From contig CAYMEV010000001.1 in assembly GCA_964389675.1 (NCBI GenBank), positions 1-64,000 of the forward strand: a stretch of 64,000 nucleotides of DNA, read 5' to 3'. The DNA comes from an uncultured Candidatus Sumerlaeota bacterium. GTDB taxonomy: Bacteria; CAYMEV01. Numbering within the stretch: position 1 is the first letter of the stretch; the number at the start of each line of letters is the position of its first letter. The position numbers were made by a program, and so were the translations under genes. The notes beneath the pieces were generated by a model that saw only the letters and a program-made list of their open reading frames with translations, was not told the origin of the DNA and did no database searches. Positions 29,261 through 39,562 of the stretch are shown piece by piece.

Positions 29261-29838
29261 AAAAGTTGTTTATAATCCTTCTCATTCTTTTCCCAATGAT
29301 TGTTTTCGGTTATGATTATGATTACGACGATGAGGATGATTTCCCATGGGCTGTTTCGTGGAGCATGGGATTTTCAGGCTTTGAGCAGAACAACAGGGAA
29401 GATCTGTTTCAGGATGGAGTAAATGGAGCTTTTACTGTTGAATTTCATATGCAGGAGTACTTTGCCTTCGGATTCAAGACAGGCTTCTTTTATTTCAATC
29501 ATAAGCAGAGAAGCAGCTCGGACCTCCAGCTGGGCTTTTTTAACCTTATGGCCACTTTCATCGTAAACGGCCCAAGCTCATTCAGGCCGTTTTTCTTCTT
29601 CGGCCCGGGAATGTATTCACAGGATGCTGATTCTTATTCCAGCTATGACAACGACGGTAATACAGTATATTATGATTATGACAGCAGGTATTATGGCGGT
29701 TTTACTGCCGGCGTCGGATTCGAGGTTCTGTTCAGAAGGTCTTTCGGTATCACTTCCTCTCTGTCTTATCATAAGATCTTTACCGATGATGACATAGATA
29801 TAATCGGTGGTGAATTCGGTATAAAATACTACTTCTAA
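29257..29838 (+). CDS. Outer-membrane beta-barrel protein
   Basis: Signal peptide, amphipathic aromatic strands, C-terminal GIKYYF. Confidence 0.75.
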   Translation: MKKLFIILLILFPMIVFGYDYDYDDEDDFPWAVSWSMGFSGFEQNNREDLFQDGVNGAFTVEFHMQEYFAFGFKTGFFYFNHKQRSSSDLQLGFFNLMATFIVNGPSSFRPFFFFGPGMYSQDADSYSSYDNDGNTVYYDYDSRYYGGFTAGVGFEVLFRRSFGITSSLSYHKIFTDDDIDIIGGEFGIKYYF

Positions 29839-30094
29839 GAGAATTCCAATTATTTATAATATACTGTCCTTTGCTCTAAAGCCTCTCATAAGGCATTTCA
29901 GGGATGATTTACCTGACGGGCTTCGGAAAAATGCCCTGAACATCTTTATTTTTACTGATTATTCATTTACTGATAAGATACTATTCTATTACTCATTAAG
30001 AAAAAAATACGCAGAAACCAGGACCGCATCAATAGGTTTCAGTGATATATTAAAAAGGCCATCTGTCATTTTTTCCAGAAGACGAAGGTATCAG

Positions 30095-32242
30095 ATGCTT
30101 TTGGAAAAGGCCGTCAAAGGTGATGAAAGAACATTCTGCTATCCATATTTCTGCAGAAAGCCATGCTTTTTGGGTACCAGGCCTTTATACAGGATTGACA
30201 GGGAAAGGATACTTTCAGATATACTTCTGCCTTCATATGATTATGAAGCTTCATGCTTTCCATCAACCATCTTCCTGACAAGAAGGCCTGAAAAAAGATT
30301 CTTCCGGTTTATACAGTTCTTGTTTAATTATCCTGATTCCATTATAAGGTGTTCTCCATCTTTTGATTTCAAAGCTGACAGGGAAAATATCCTTAGCTCC
30401 CTTATCAAAATGAGGTCCAGGGCATTAAAGGAAAACAAAAAGCAGGAGCTGATAACGAAGGGCAGAAAAACTCCAGACAGGAAGAAACTTATCAACAGGT
30501 TCCTGAAAGACAAAACTGTAGTGGAGATACTTGAGAAAGGCGACTATAAAGCGAATCTCAGGGAAGCCAAAAGCATTTTTAAAAATATGGTAGCAGATTA
30601 CAGCATAACATATCTGCAGGTATTCAACAAGATCCTGACACCGCTTTATGCCTACCTCTACGATGATATTATTGTTAATAAAACAGGTGTTGAAAATATA
30701 AGGAATATAGCATCTGAATACCCGATAATATTTATTCCAAATCATAAAAGCCACATGGATTATCTGCTCCTTTCGTACTGCATGTTCAAAAATGACTTGA
30801 TATGCCCCTTGATCGCTGCAGGAGATAACTTGAATTATTTTCCCATAGGGACTGTTTTTAGAAGAGCTGGAGGATTTTTCATAAAAAGGGATTTCAGGGG
30901 CAGCTTGCTATACCCTCAGCTTTTCAGGCATTATCTTAATTATCTGATAAGGTCCAGGTCCAGTATTGAATTCTATATAGAAGGTACCAGAACCAGGACA
31001 GGCAAGCTTCTTTCTCCCAAAACGGGGCTTTTAAGGCTTCTTATTCAAGGCATGAGGGAGATTAATCAGAAAGATCTGTACATTGTTCCTGTATCGATTG
31101 AATATGACAGGGTAATTGAAGACTCCGTCCTTGTGGAGGAAGATCTTGGAATACCAAAGAAAAAAGAGGATATAGAAGGTTTATTTGATATTCATAATTT
31201 TATAAAAAAGCATTATAAAAATGTTTACATCAATCTTTCTCCTGCCATATCAGTGAAATCTTTCCTTAAGGAACAGGCAGGAGACCAGGAAAAAAGATAT
31301 ACAAAAAAAAGCTTCTCACTTCTTTCAGAAAGGATAATGGAAGATTTGTTCAGCAATATGGAAATATCAGGAAGCACACTCCTTTCTTCCGTCTTATTCT
31401 TTGAGACCAGATGGACATCAAAACCAATACTGAAATGGCGTCTGAATGAGGTGATCGATACCATCACCTATTACAGAAAAAAAGACCTGATGAAAAGATA
31501 CGGTTCACTTGACAGCTTCATAGACAGGTACATAAGCTTTTTTGAATCGCAGGATTTCATAATAAAATCAGAAAAATCCGGCAGTCTGCTCTACAAGGTA
31601 AGGTCAAAAAAGCATAATCAGATATTAAAATACTATTTTAATAATATCAGCGAGCTTCTCTTACCCAGATCATTCATAGCATTTATAATTAAGAGGCACA
31701 ATGTCACAAATTATGAGGAAATTATGGAAATGCTGAAGAACCTCGCTGTTATTTTCAGGCACAGTATAAAATTCAGGTCCATCTTCCTGGATGAGAGCAT
31801 TTTGAGGAATGTCATCGAAAATTCATATTCTGAAAATGACCTGAATGCTCCCTGCAGCAGTGTAATTTTCTGGGCAAACCTGTCAGCACATCTAAGGCTG
31901 GGATACTACTATGGAATATCAATGATAGTAAAGATCCTCAGCAGGGAGGAAGAAATAAGGCAGGGCGATCTAATAATAAGAATGATAAAGCTGGCCAACC
32001 TGTATAATAAGCTTGGTATCATAAGCCATTATAATATTATATCATCGGCAATGTTTTCAAATGTGATTGATATGCTGATAGAAGAGAAGGTGATCAGCAT
32101 ATCCAGGAACAGCGATAATCAGAATGAAAGGTTTCTTCAGATAAATACAGAAAACATGAATAAAACTGATGGGATAAAAGACAGTATCTCTCTGGAATAT
32201 GAGAGAGACAGGGATGTATTAACAAATTTTGACTGTCTGTAA
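30095..32242 (+). CDS. plsB: Glycerol-3-phosphate acyltransferase (PlsB family); true start may lie upstream
   Basis: NHKSHMD (HX4D), AAGDNL, GFFIKR and FYIEGTRTRTGK motifs. Confidence 0.8.
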   Translation: MLLEKAVKGDERTFCYPYFCRKPCFLGTRPLYRIDRERILSDILLPSYDYEASCFPSTIFLTRRPEKRFFRFIQFLFNYPDSIIRCSPSFDFKADRENILSSLIKMRSRALKENKKQELITKGRKTPDRKKLINRFLKDKTVVEILEKGDYKANLREAKSIFKNMVADYSITYLQVFNKILTPLYAYLYDDIIVNKTGVENIRNIASEYPIIFIPNHKSHMDYLLLSYCMFKNDLICPLIAAGDNLNYFPIGTVFRRAGGFFIKRDFRGSLLYPQLFRHYLNYLIRSRSSIEFYIEGTRTRTGKLLSPKTGLLRLLIQGMREINQKDLYIVPVSIEYDRVIEDSVLVEEDLGIPKKKEDIEGLFDIHNFIKKHYKNVYINLSPAISVKSFLKEQAGDQEKRYTKKSFSLLSERIMEDLFSNMEISGSTLLSSVLFFETRWTSKPILKWRLNEVIDTITYYRKKDLMKRYGSLDSFIDRYISFFESQDFIIKSEKSGSLLYKVRSKKHNQILKYYFNNISELLLPRSFIAFIIKRHNVTNYEEIMEMLKNLAVIFRHSIKFRSIFLDESILRNVIENSYSENDLNAPCSSVIFWANLSAHLRLGYYYGISMIVKILSREEEIRQGDLIIRMIKLANLYNKLGIISHYNIISSAMFSNVIDMLIEEKVISISRNSDNQNERFLQINTENMNKTDGIKDSISLEYERDRDVLTNFDCL

Positions 32243-32266
32243 ATACATTGAAGGCAATATATCCTG

Positions 32267-33577
32267 ATGGATAATTATCCGGGAAACATCTCAGGGAAAA
32301 AGAAGGGTGTTCCTGTACCAACAGGAAAAGAAAAGGAAAAATGCCTCCTGGTAGCACTGGACTACCCTCAGTATGGAATAAAGGAAACAGAAAGGAACCT
32401 GGATGAATTATCAAGATTAATCCAGACAGCGGGAGGCAATCCTGTCTGCACTGTTACCCAGAAGATGAACCAGCCTGATCAGATAACATTTGTGCACAAA
32501 GGAAAACTGAATGAGATACAGGAATTAATAAGGAATAATTCCATAGATACAGTTGTGTTTGATGAAGAGCTCACATCCATACAGCTTAAGAATATCGAAA
32601 GAGAATTAAATGTTAAGATCATTGACAGGACTGAACTGATACTGACCATTTTCTCAAATAATGCAAAATCAAGACTCTCCAAACTTCAGATAGAGCTGGC
32701 CAAGCTTGAATACACTCTTCCACGACTCCAGAGGATGTGGACGCATCTTTCAAGGCAAAAGGGGGGTATAGGGCTAAAAGGCCCGGGAGAAAGGCAGATA
32801 GAACTTGACAGAAGGCTTCTCCTTAAGAGAATAACCAAAATCAAAAGGGACCTTTCAGTAATAAAACAGGGGATTGATATAAGGAGAAAGAAAAGAAGCG
32901 ATGAGTATAAGGTTTCACTCGTAGGCTATACCAACTCAGGAAAAAGCACTCTTTTATCCAAGCTTTCCTTATCATCAGTTTATGCAGAGGATAAGCTGTT
33001 CTCAACCCTTGATACTCTTATCAGGAAAGTTGGCCTTAATGAGAAAAGGCACATTCTCGTTTCAGACACTGTCGGTTTTATCAGACAGCTTCCCCACCAG
33101 CTTGTAGAATCCTTCTATGCAACATTATCCGAAGTCATCAACTCTGATATGATAATAATTGTCATAGACATATCTCAGGGTGATTTTATAAAGCGAGCAG
33201 AGATAGTTATGAATGTACTCAAGGAAATCGGTGCGGAAACAATACCCCGCATGTTTGTCCTGAACAAGATTGACCTTCTTGACGGTGAATTATTATCAAG
33301 CAGGGTCAAATCCTTTGAAGGCCATGAACATAAGCCTGTGATAATATCTGCTCTGGAGGAAAAGAATATTGAACTGCTTAAAAATGAGATCCTTGACAGC
33401 ATAAGGTCAGATGAGATTCTGCTGACCCTGAAAATTAAGGAGTACAGAAAGGATTTGATAAATCTGGTTTTCAGGTCATCAGAGGTTATTGACATAAGAC
33501 ATGTAAAGGAGCATGAAATTATTAAATGCTATGTAAAAAAGGAAAACCTCAAGGAATTGAAGAGGTTTGCCATATAG
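32267..33577 (+). CDS. hflX: GTPase HflX
   Basis: GPGERQIELDRR, VGYTNSGKST, LFSTLD, DTVGFI, NKID. Confidence 0.95.
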   Translation: MDNYPGNISGKKKGVPVPTGKEKEKCLLVALDYPQYGIKETERNLDELSRLIQTAGGNPVCTVTQKMNQPDQITFVHKGKLNEIQELIRNNSIDTVVFDEELTSIQLKNIERELNVKIIDRTELILTIFSNNAKSRLSKLQIELAKLEYTLPRLQRMWTHLSRQKGGIGLKGPGERQIELDRRLLLKRITKIKRDLSVIKQGIDIRRKKRSDEYKVSLVGYTNSGKSTLLSKLSLSSVYAEDKLFSTLDTLIRKVGLNEKRHILVSDTVGFIRQLPHQLVESFYATLSEVINSDMIIIVIDISQGDFIKRAEIVMNVLKEIGAETIPRMFVLNKIDLLDGELLSSRVKSFEGHEHKPVIISALEEKNIELLKNEILDSIRSDEILLTLKIKEYRKDLINLVFRSSEVIDIRHVKEHEIIKCYVKKENLKELKRFAI

Positions 33578-33589
33578 AAAATATATGTT

Positions 33590-34075
33590 TTACATCTCGT
33601 ATTTTCCGAAATCTTCGGGACTCATCTGCTCCAGGATACTCTTCAGGGCATCTTCACTTTTTTGATTATCATTAAGGTTGATAGCTGACTTTTCAAGCAC
33701 CAGAGATGAGACATAGATAGGGCTGTTAGCCCTGACAGCGATAGCTATTGCATCTGACGGGCGTGAATCAATGGTTATTTCCTTCTCGTTCTGATTCATA
33801 TAAATAGTCGCAAAGAAGGTATTATTATCAAGGTCATCGATAATAACCTTTTCTATAGATATCTCAAATTTATTAAGTATATTTTTCATGAGGTCATGGG
33901 TCATAGGACGGGGCGGTTCTATACGCTCAAGTTCACATATAATGGAATGTGCTTCAAAGATCCCTATCCATATGGGGATTATGGATTTATCATCTTCTCC
34001 CTTCAGTATGACAATGGGAGAATTTGTGGTGGGATCCAGTGCAATACCTTTAAGGACCATCTTGTGTAACATCAT
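33590..34075 (-). CDS. Bifunctional nuclease family protein (DUF151)
   Basis: PIWIGIFEA, PRPMTHDL and DSRPSDAIAIA motifs. Confidence 0.9.
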   Translation of the reverse strand: MMLHKMVLKGIALDPTTNSPIVILKGEDDKSIIPIWIGIFEAHSIICELERIEPPRPMTHDLMKNILNKFEISIEKVIIDDLDNNTFFATIYMNQNEKEITIDSRPSDAIAIAVRANSPIYVSSLVLEKSAINLNDNQKSEDALKSILEQMSPEDFGKYEM

Positions 34076-34253
34076 TTAATACCCTCTTATTAAGATTTAT
34101 CTTTTCATAAATTAAATATATGCAGTCGGGTGTTTTTGTCAAACCCTTTTATAATCCATACCCTGTAGGATAATATTTTTGAACAGGTCATCATCCTTCC
34201 ATCCGGCCTTCCGGATAATAATTGACTGCAGCAAAAAGCAGAGCATTCTTTTC

Positions 34254-34281
34254 TTGACATAATGCTCTTTTCTGCTATTAT
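34254..34281 (+). promoter_or_regulatory. Putative sigma70 promoter of the DEAD-box helicase
   Basis: TTGACA-N16-TATTAT with TGn extended -10. Confidence 0.5.
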
Positions 34282-34406
34282 CCGCCTCAGAATGCCTCTG
34301 ATGGTTTTATAATCCGGAGAAAATATCGGGGAGTATTCAGATAATATTTAACCCTATATTATTAAAAAGTTAAGAATCCGGAATATTAAATCATACAGGA
34401 AGGTAT

Positions 34407-35993
34407 ATGAAGAAACTAGCAAAATTCAGAGAAATGGGACTCTCTGAGAATATAATCAGTGTTCTGGCCAAAAAAGGCTTTGAAGAACCTACTCCCATAC
34501 AGGAACAGACCATACCTCTATTGCTGAGCGGTGAAAAAGACCTGGTAGGACAGGCACAGACAGGTACCGGCAAAACAGCTGCATTCGGGATCCCCCTTAT
34601 TGAGCGCATTGAAGGCAGTACACCCTGGATCGAAGCTCTTATTCTCACACCTACGAGAGAACTGGCAATTCAGGTTTCAGATGAAATAAACTCCCTGAAG
34701 GGAAAAAAGAAAATCACTGTACTCCCGGTTTATGGAGGACAGAACATAGATATACAGATAAGAAATCTCAGCAAAGGTGAGGTAAATATCGTGGTCGGCA
34801 CACCGGGCAGGATACTGGACCATTTAAGCCGAAAAACACTTGATCTATCCAGGTTAAGATTCATGATTCTTGATGAAGCCGATGAGATGCTTAATATGGG
34901 TTTTATTGAAGATGTTCAAAAGATCCTGAAACAGACTCCTCACATCAAACAAATGCTTTTATTCAGCGCTACAATGCCAAATGAAATTATCAATATCGCC
35001 AAAAAGTATATGAACGAATACCAGGTAATTAAGGTTAATACAGAAAATATTACTGTTGGCCTTACTGAACAGATATATTTTGAGGTAAATGAAAGAGACA
35101 AGTTTGAAGCTCTCTGCAGGATACTTGATATAGAGAATGAATTTTACGGTATTATATTTTGCCGCACCAAGCTTTATGTTGATGATATCGCCAGCCGGGC
35201 CAAGGAGCGTGGATATGCTGCAGAAGCCATACACGGTGATATCAGCCAGGCTCAGAGAGAGAAGGTCCTGGGAAGATTCAGAAGCAGAAAGATCAATATT
35301 CTGGTTGCAACGGATGTAGCCGCAAGAGGAATAGACGTTACTGATCTATCACATGTTATAAACTATTCGCTTCCCCAGTGCCCTGATTCCTATATCCACA
35401 GAATAGGCAGGACCGGAAGGGCAGGCAAGGAAGGAACTGCAATTACTTTCGTTACGCATGCTGAACTGCAAAAGCTTCTGCATATACAAAAATCTGCCAG
35501 AACTGATATTAAAAAACAGGAGATTCCCGATGTACCGGAGGTCATTGCTGCAAAAAAATCAAGGATTAAGGATGAGATAATCAGCATTATTACTACAAGA
35601 GCTTTTGATGATTATGTCCCTTTTGCACAGGAACTTCTTGGCTATGCAAAAGAAACAGATATCGTGGCATCAATCCTGAAATATGCCCTGGAGGATGAAC
35701 TTGATGAGAGAAACTACCCGGAGATAAGAAAGGTCAATGTCAATAAAACCGGCAAGGCCAGGTTATTTGTCGCTCTCGGCAAATCCAGAAAGATGACGCC
35801 AGTGAAACTCCTGGAACTGATTAAAGCAAAGATAAATATTGATACAAAAAAGATAAAAGAAATCCAGATATTTGACAACTTCTCCTTTCTTACTGCACCA
35901 TTTGAGGAGGCAGAGCTGATACTTGATGCATTTAAATCCGGAAAGGGCAGTAAAAAATCAATAATAGAAAGGGCAAAGCCTTTTAAGAGATGA
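34407..35993 (+). CDS. DEAD-box RNA helicase (DeaD/CshA-like, C-terminal RNA-binding domain)
   Basis: Q motif, AQTGTGKT, PTRELA, DEAD, SAT, HRIGRTGRAG. Confidence 0.95.
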   Translation: MKKLAKFREMGLSENIISVLAKKGFEEPTPIQEQTIPLLLSGEKDLVGQAQTGTGKTAAFGIPLIERIEGSTPWIEALILTPTRELAIQVSDEINSLKGKKKITVLPVYGGQNIDIQIRNLSKGEVNIVVGTPGRILDHLSRKTLDLSRLRFMILDEADEMLNMGFIEDVQKILKQTPHIKQMLLFSATMPNEIINIAKKYMNEYQVIKVNTENITVGLTEQIYFEVNERDKFEALCRILDIENEFYGIIFCRTKLYVDDIASRAKERGYAAEAIHGDISQAQREKVLGRFRSRKINILVATDVAARGIDVTDLSHVINYSLPQCPDSYIHRIGRTGRAGKEGTAITFVTHAELQKLLHIQKSARTDIKKQEIPDVPEVIAAKKSRIKDEIISIITTRAFDDYVPFAQELLGYAKETDIVASILKYALEDELDERNYPEIRKVNVNKTGKARLFVALGKSRKMTPVKLLELIKAKINIDTKKIKEIQIFDNFSFLTAPFEEAELILDAFKSGKGSKKSIIERAKPFKR

Positions 35994-36108
35994 TAAAGCC
36001 TGGATATGGATCAGGCCCGGCCAAAACCTCAGTAAAGCTTTCTTAAGATAACAGGAGAATTCCACTATCAAATCGATGCAGATATTAGAGGGTTTTTATC
36101 AGACCCTT

Positions 36109-37431
36109 TTATAATTCATATCCAATAAGTGAATTATTTGAATAGCCCTCTATAAATACCTGGACGAAATCACCAATGGGTAATTCCTTCCTGTTTTTCT
36201 TCTGCCGCAGATTGACATTAATATTAAATTCATTCTTGCCCGTAAGATAATCTCCTGATTTTTTGCTGGTCCCGTCGATAAGGACTGTCTGTATATCTTT
36301 CAGGAAGCCTCTGTTTATTTCGAGGGTTATCTCATTCTGCCTTTTCTGAAGAAGATGAAGCCTTTCAAGCTTTTTTTCCATGGGGACATCATCACTGTAG
36401 TTTGATGCTTTTGACGGGTATCTCACGCTATACCTGAAGGAAAAGGCCCCCCAGAAACGAACCTCCTCAATCATCCTCAGGGTGTCATTGAAATCTTCTT
36501 CAGTTTCCGTGGGAAATCCAACAATAATATCTGTAGTAAATATTGGATTATTTACATATTCCTTAAGCCTTTCTATCTTACAAAGGTATTCCCTATGAGT
36601 ATATCCCCTGTTCATCAGCTTTAAAATCCTGTCAGAACCGCTTTGAAATGGCAAATGGAAGCTCTTGCATATATTTTCATGACGGCTGATAACATCAAAA
36701 AGATTACTGTCAATATCCCTGGGATGGCTTGTAATGAACCTGAGCCTTTTTAATCCCTCAACCCTTGCAACCTCATCAAGAAGGCCGGCAAAATCTATTC
36801 CATTACAGCTGTATCTGTTGACATTCTGTCCAAGCAGGGTTATTTCGCTGGTACCTCTTTCAACCAGCATTTCAACCTCCCTGATGATAGATTCCCTGGG
36901 CCTCGACCTTTCTCTGCCCCTGACAAAAGGAATAATGCAATAGGTGCAGAAATTATCACACCCTTCCATAATTGTTACAAATGCCTTATGAGGCATCTTT
37001 CTGCTGTAGTCCCTTATTTTATCAAGTGAGTGGAAGGGCTCCTTTCTTACTGAATAATGGGGTTTCTTACAGCTTTTCAGGTATATTTCAAAGCAGTCAG
37101 GGATGTCGAATGTACCAAAAATAAAATCAAGCCCCTTAAACCTGTTTATTATGCCTTCAGGGTCTTTTTGCACAGTGCATCCGCAGACACCAATCCTTAA
37201 GCCAGGATTTCTGTCTTTTATCCTTATAAGCCTCCCGATGAGGGACATCAGTTTCTGTTCAGCTTTTTCCCTTACACTGCAGCTGTTGATTATAATTACA
37301 TCCGCATCGCAGGGGTCCTGAGCTTCAATAAACCCATTGGAATGAAATATATGGACTATTCTTTCAGAGTCAGTTTCATTCATCTGACAGCCGAAGGTCT
37401 GAATGTAAAGGCTTTTAGTCCCCATCCTCAA
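36109..37431 (-). CDS. miaB: tRNA methylthiotransferase MiaB
   Basis: TFGCQMN, NSCSVRE, CDNFCTYC radical-SAM motif, FITSHP, C-terminal TRAM region. Confidence 0.92.
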   Translation of the reverse strand: MRMGTKSLYIQTFGCQMNETDSERIVHIFHSNGFIEAQDPCDADVIIINSCSVREKAEQKLMSLIGRLIRIKDRNPGLRIGVCGCTVQKDPEGIINRFKGLDFIFGTFDIPDCFEIYLKSCKKPHYSVRKEPFHSLDKIRDYSRKMPHKAFVTIMEGCDNFCTYCIIPFVRGRERSRPRESIIREVEMLVERGTSEITLLGQNVNRYSCNGIDFAGLLDEVARVEGLKRLRFITSHPRDIDSNLFDVISRHENICKSFHLPFQSGSDRILKLMNRGYTHREYLCKIERLKEYVNNPIFTTDIIVGFPTETEEDFNDTLRMIEEVRFWGAFSFRYSVRYPSKASNYSDDVPMEKKLERLHLLQKRQNEITLEINRGFLKDIQTVLIDGTSKKSGDYLTGKNEFNINVNLRQKKNRKELPIGDFVQVFIEGYSNNSLIGYEL

Positions 37432-38431
37432 AATACTCTAAAAGATCCTCCCTTGAGATCGGGGTAGTACCTACCCTTCTTATAACAAGGCCTGCGGCAA
37501 TATTTGCAAGGTGGGCTGATCTGAGAATATTAAAACCATTAAGATAACCGGCTGTAAACAGGGCTATAACTGTATCGCCTGCGCCGGTAACATCATATAC
37601 ATCCTTCGCTTTGGTCTTCAAATGAGTAAACGGATTAGAGGAATCCCTGCTGAAAATCATCATACCGGCTTCTCCAAGTGTCAGAAGGATATTCTTTATC
37701 TCAGAACCTTCAAGGATATCCCTGCCACATGCCTTAATTTCGTCCAGATTGCCTGCATTCAGCCTATGGCCGATAAAGTTCTCTATCTCTTTCAGATTTG
37801 GAGTTATTATGAAAGACCTGTCATAAACAAGAATATCGGCTTTCTTTGGATCTACTGCTATTATTTTATTTTTGGAATTGCAGATTCTGATAGATTCTTT
37901 TATCAGCTCCTCAGTTACAAATCCCTTATTGTAATCAGACAAGATCAAAGCATCATAATTATCAGCTTCATCTGCAATTAAATCCAATGCCTTTATCAGT
38001 ATATCATCAGAAATACGTCCTGCTGATTCTCTGTCAACACGGACTATCTGCTGGCTGTGGGCAATAATCCGTGTCTTGGTGGATGTTGGACGTGAGCTGT
38101 CTGTCAGCAGCCCCTTAAAGTCAATACTGGCTTTTTCAAACAAAGCCTCAATCTTCCTGCCGCTGAGATCATCTCCTATTACCCCAATAATACTTGTATC
38201 TACACCTATGGAAGCCAGATTATTTGCAACATTCCCCGCTCCCCCCAGCCTGTAATTTTCTTTGTCAAGCTGAACAACTGGGACAGGGGCTTCCGGGGAT
38301 ATCCGGTCAACCTTTCCCCATATATAGTGGTCAAGCATTATATCGCCAATTACGAGAACTTTCCGCATTCCTGTCCTGTTTAGAAAATCTTCGATAATAT
38401 CTCTGCTGAAATACTGGAATCTGTCTGACAT
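37415..38431 (-). CDS. hldA: D-glycero-beta-D-manno-heptose 7-phosphate kinase (HldA/RfaE1)
   Basis: RISPEAPVPV, GGAGNVA, SDYNKG, DVTGAGDT. Confidence 0.92.
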   Translation of the reverse strand: MSDRFQYFSRDIIEDFLNRTGMRKVLVIGDIMLDHYIWGKVDRISPEAPVPVVQLDKENYRLGGAGNVANNLASIGVDTSIIGVIGDDLSGRKIEALFEKASIDFKGLLTDSSRPTSTKTRIIAHSQQIVRVDRESAGRISDDILIKALDLIADEADNYDALILSDYNKGFVTEELIKESIRICNSKNKIIAVDPKKADILVYDRSFIITPNLKEIENFIGHRLNAGNLDEIKACGRDILEGSEIKNILLTLGEAGMMIFSRDSSNPFTHLKTKAKDVYDVTGAGDTVIALFTAGYLNGFNILRSAHLANIAAGLVIRRVGTTPISREDLLEYFEDGD

Positions 38432-38562
38432 TATGGACTCCTAAGAATTATTGCTGTACTATAAAGTATATATATGTCCTGTTAAGTCAATTAATTTCTA
38501 ATAAATCATTTGACTTAAATCTGGTTTTGCATGATTATCGTTTGTACTGAATTTTACGGAGA

Positions 38563-39546
38563 ATGAATATGTTGTCAGGAATGGCCGGAAACCTGCTTTG
38601 TTCTATTGGAAATACTCCAATTATAAAGCTGGAAAAAATATTGGATAACTGCAGGCAGAATGTATTTGCCAAGCTTGAGTACCTGAACCCGGGAGGAAGT
38701 ATCAAGGACAGGATAGCCCTGTATATGATAGAAAAGGCTGAATCAAAGAGCCTTATAAAAAGCGGCTATACGATAGTAGAGAATTCCTCGGGAAATACTG
38801 CGATCGGCCTGGCAATGGTCGCTCTGCAGAAGGGGTACAAAGCAAAGATAATAATGAGGGACAGCACGAGCAAGGAAAAAATAGAAATTGTCAGGAATCT
38901 GGGAGCTGATGTGGTTCTGGTAGACAGTACCCTTGATCCCGGTCATCCTTATTCATATAATAATATAACCCCCAAAATTGCTGCTGAAACGCCGGAATGT
39001 TATTTCCCCGACCAGCATAATAATCTCGATAATAATGAAGCACACTATATGACAACCGGGCCTGAAATCTACAGGCAGATGGACGGGAAAATCGATTACT
39101 TCATTGCAGGGATCGGAACAGGAGGGACTATCTGCGGAGCCGGAAAATACCTGAAAGAACAAAATCCCAATATCAAGGTGATAGCAGTAGATGTTAAAGG
39201 CTCGATTTTTTATGATTATTTCCATTATAAAAAAATCATAAAGCCAAGAAGGTATTTCCTGGAAGGCCTCGGTGATGAGTTTCTCATAAAATGCCCGCAA
39301 TTCGATGTGATAGACGATATGATTCAGGTTACAGACAGGCAGGCTTTTCGATGGACCAGGAAACTTGCAGAGAAGGAAGGCATAATTGCCGGTGGGTCCA
39401 GCGGCGCTGTCATCTGGGGTGTCAATGAGATTGCAAAAAGACTGGACAGGAAGGCTAATATTGTTGCTATAATAGCTGACTCAGGATACAGGTACCTCAG
39501 GACCATATATAATGACAAATGGCTGAAGGACAATGATCTGTTGTAG
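38563..39546 (+). CDS. Cysteine synthase / cystathionine beta-synthase family
   Basis: KLEYLNPGGSIKDR, SSGNT, GIGTGGT and GGSSG motifs. Confidence 0.9.
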   Translation: MNMLSGMAGNLLCSIGNTPIIKLEKILDNCRQNVFAKLEYLNPGGSIKDRIALYMIEKAESKSLIKSGYTIVENSSGNTAIGLAMVALQKGYKAKIIMRDSTSKEKIEIVRNLGADVVLVDSTLDPGHPYSYNNITPKIAAETPECYFPDQHNNLDNNEAHYMTTGPEIYRQMDGKIDYFIAGIGTGGTICGAGKYLKEQNPNIKVIAVDVKGSIFYDYFHYKKIIKPRRYFLEGLGDEFLIKCPQFDVIDDMIQVTDRQAFRWTRKLAEKEGIIAGGSSGAVIWGVNEIAKRLDRKANIVAIIADSGYRYLRTIYNDKWLKDNDLL

Positions 39547-39562
39547 AGTATTGTTCATTAAG

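Noticed and set aside
18208-38431. Split HldE (hldC and hldA about 19 kb apart)
   Set aside because: Separate kinase and adenylyltransferase genes are common in many bacteria
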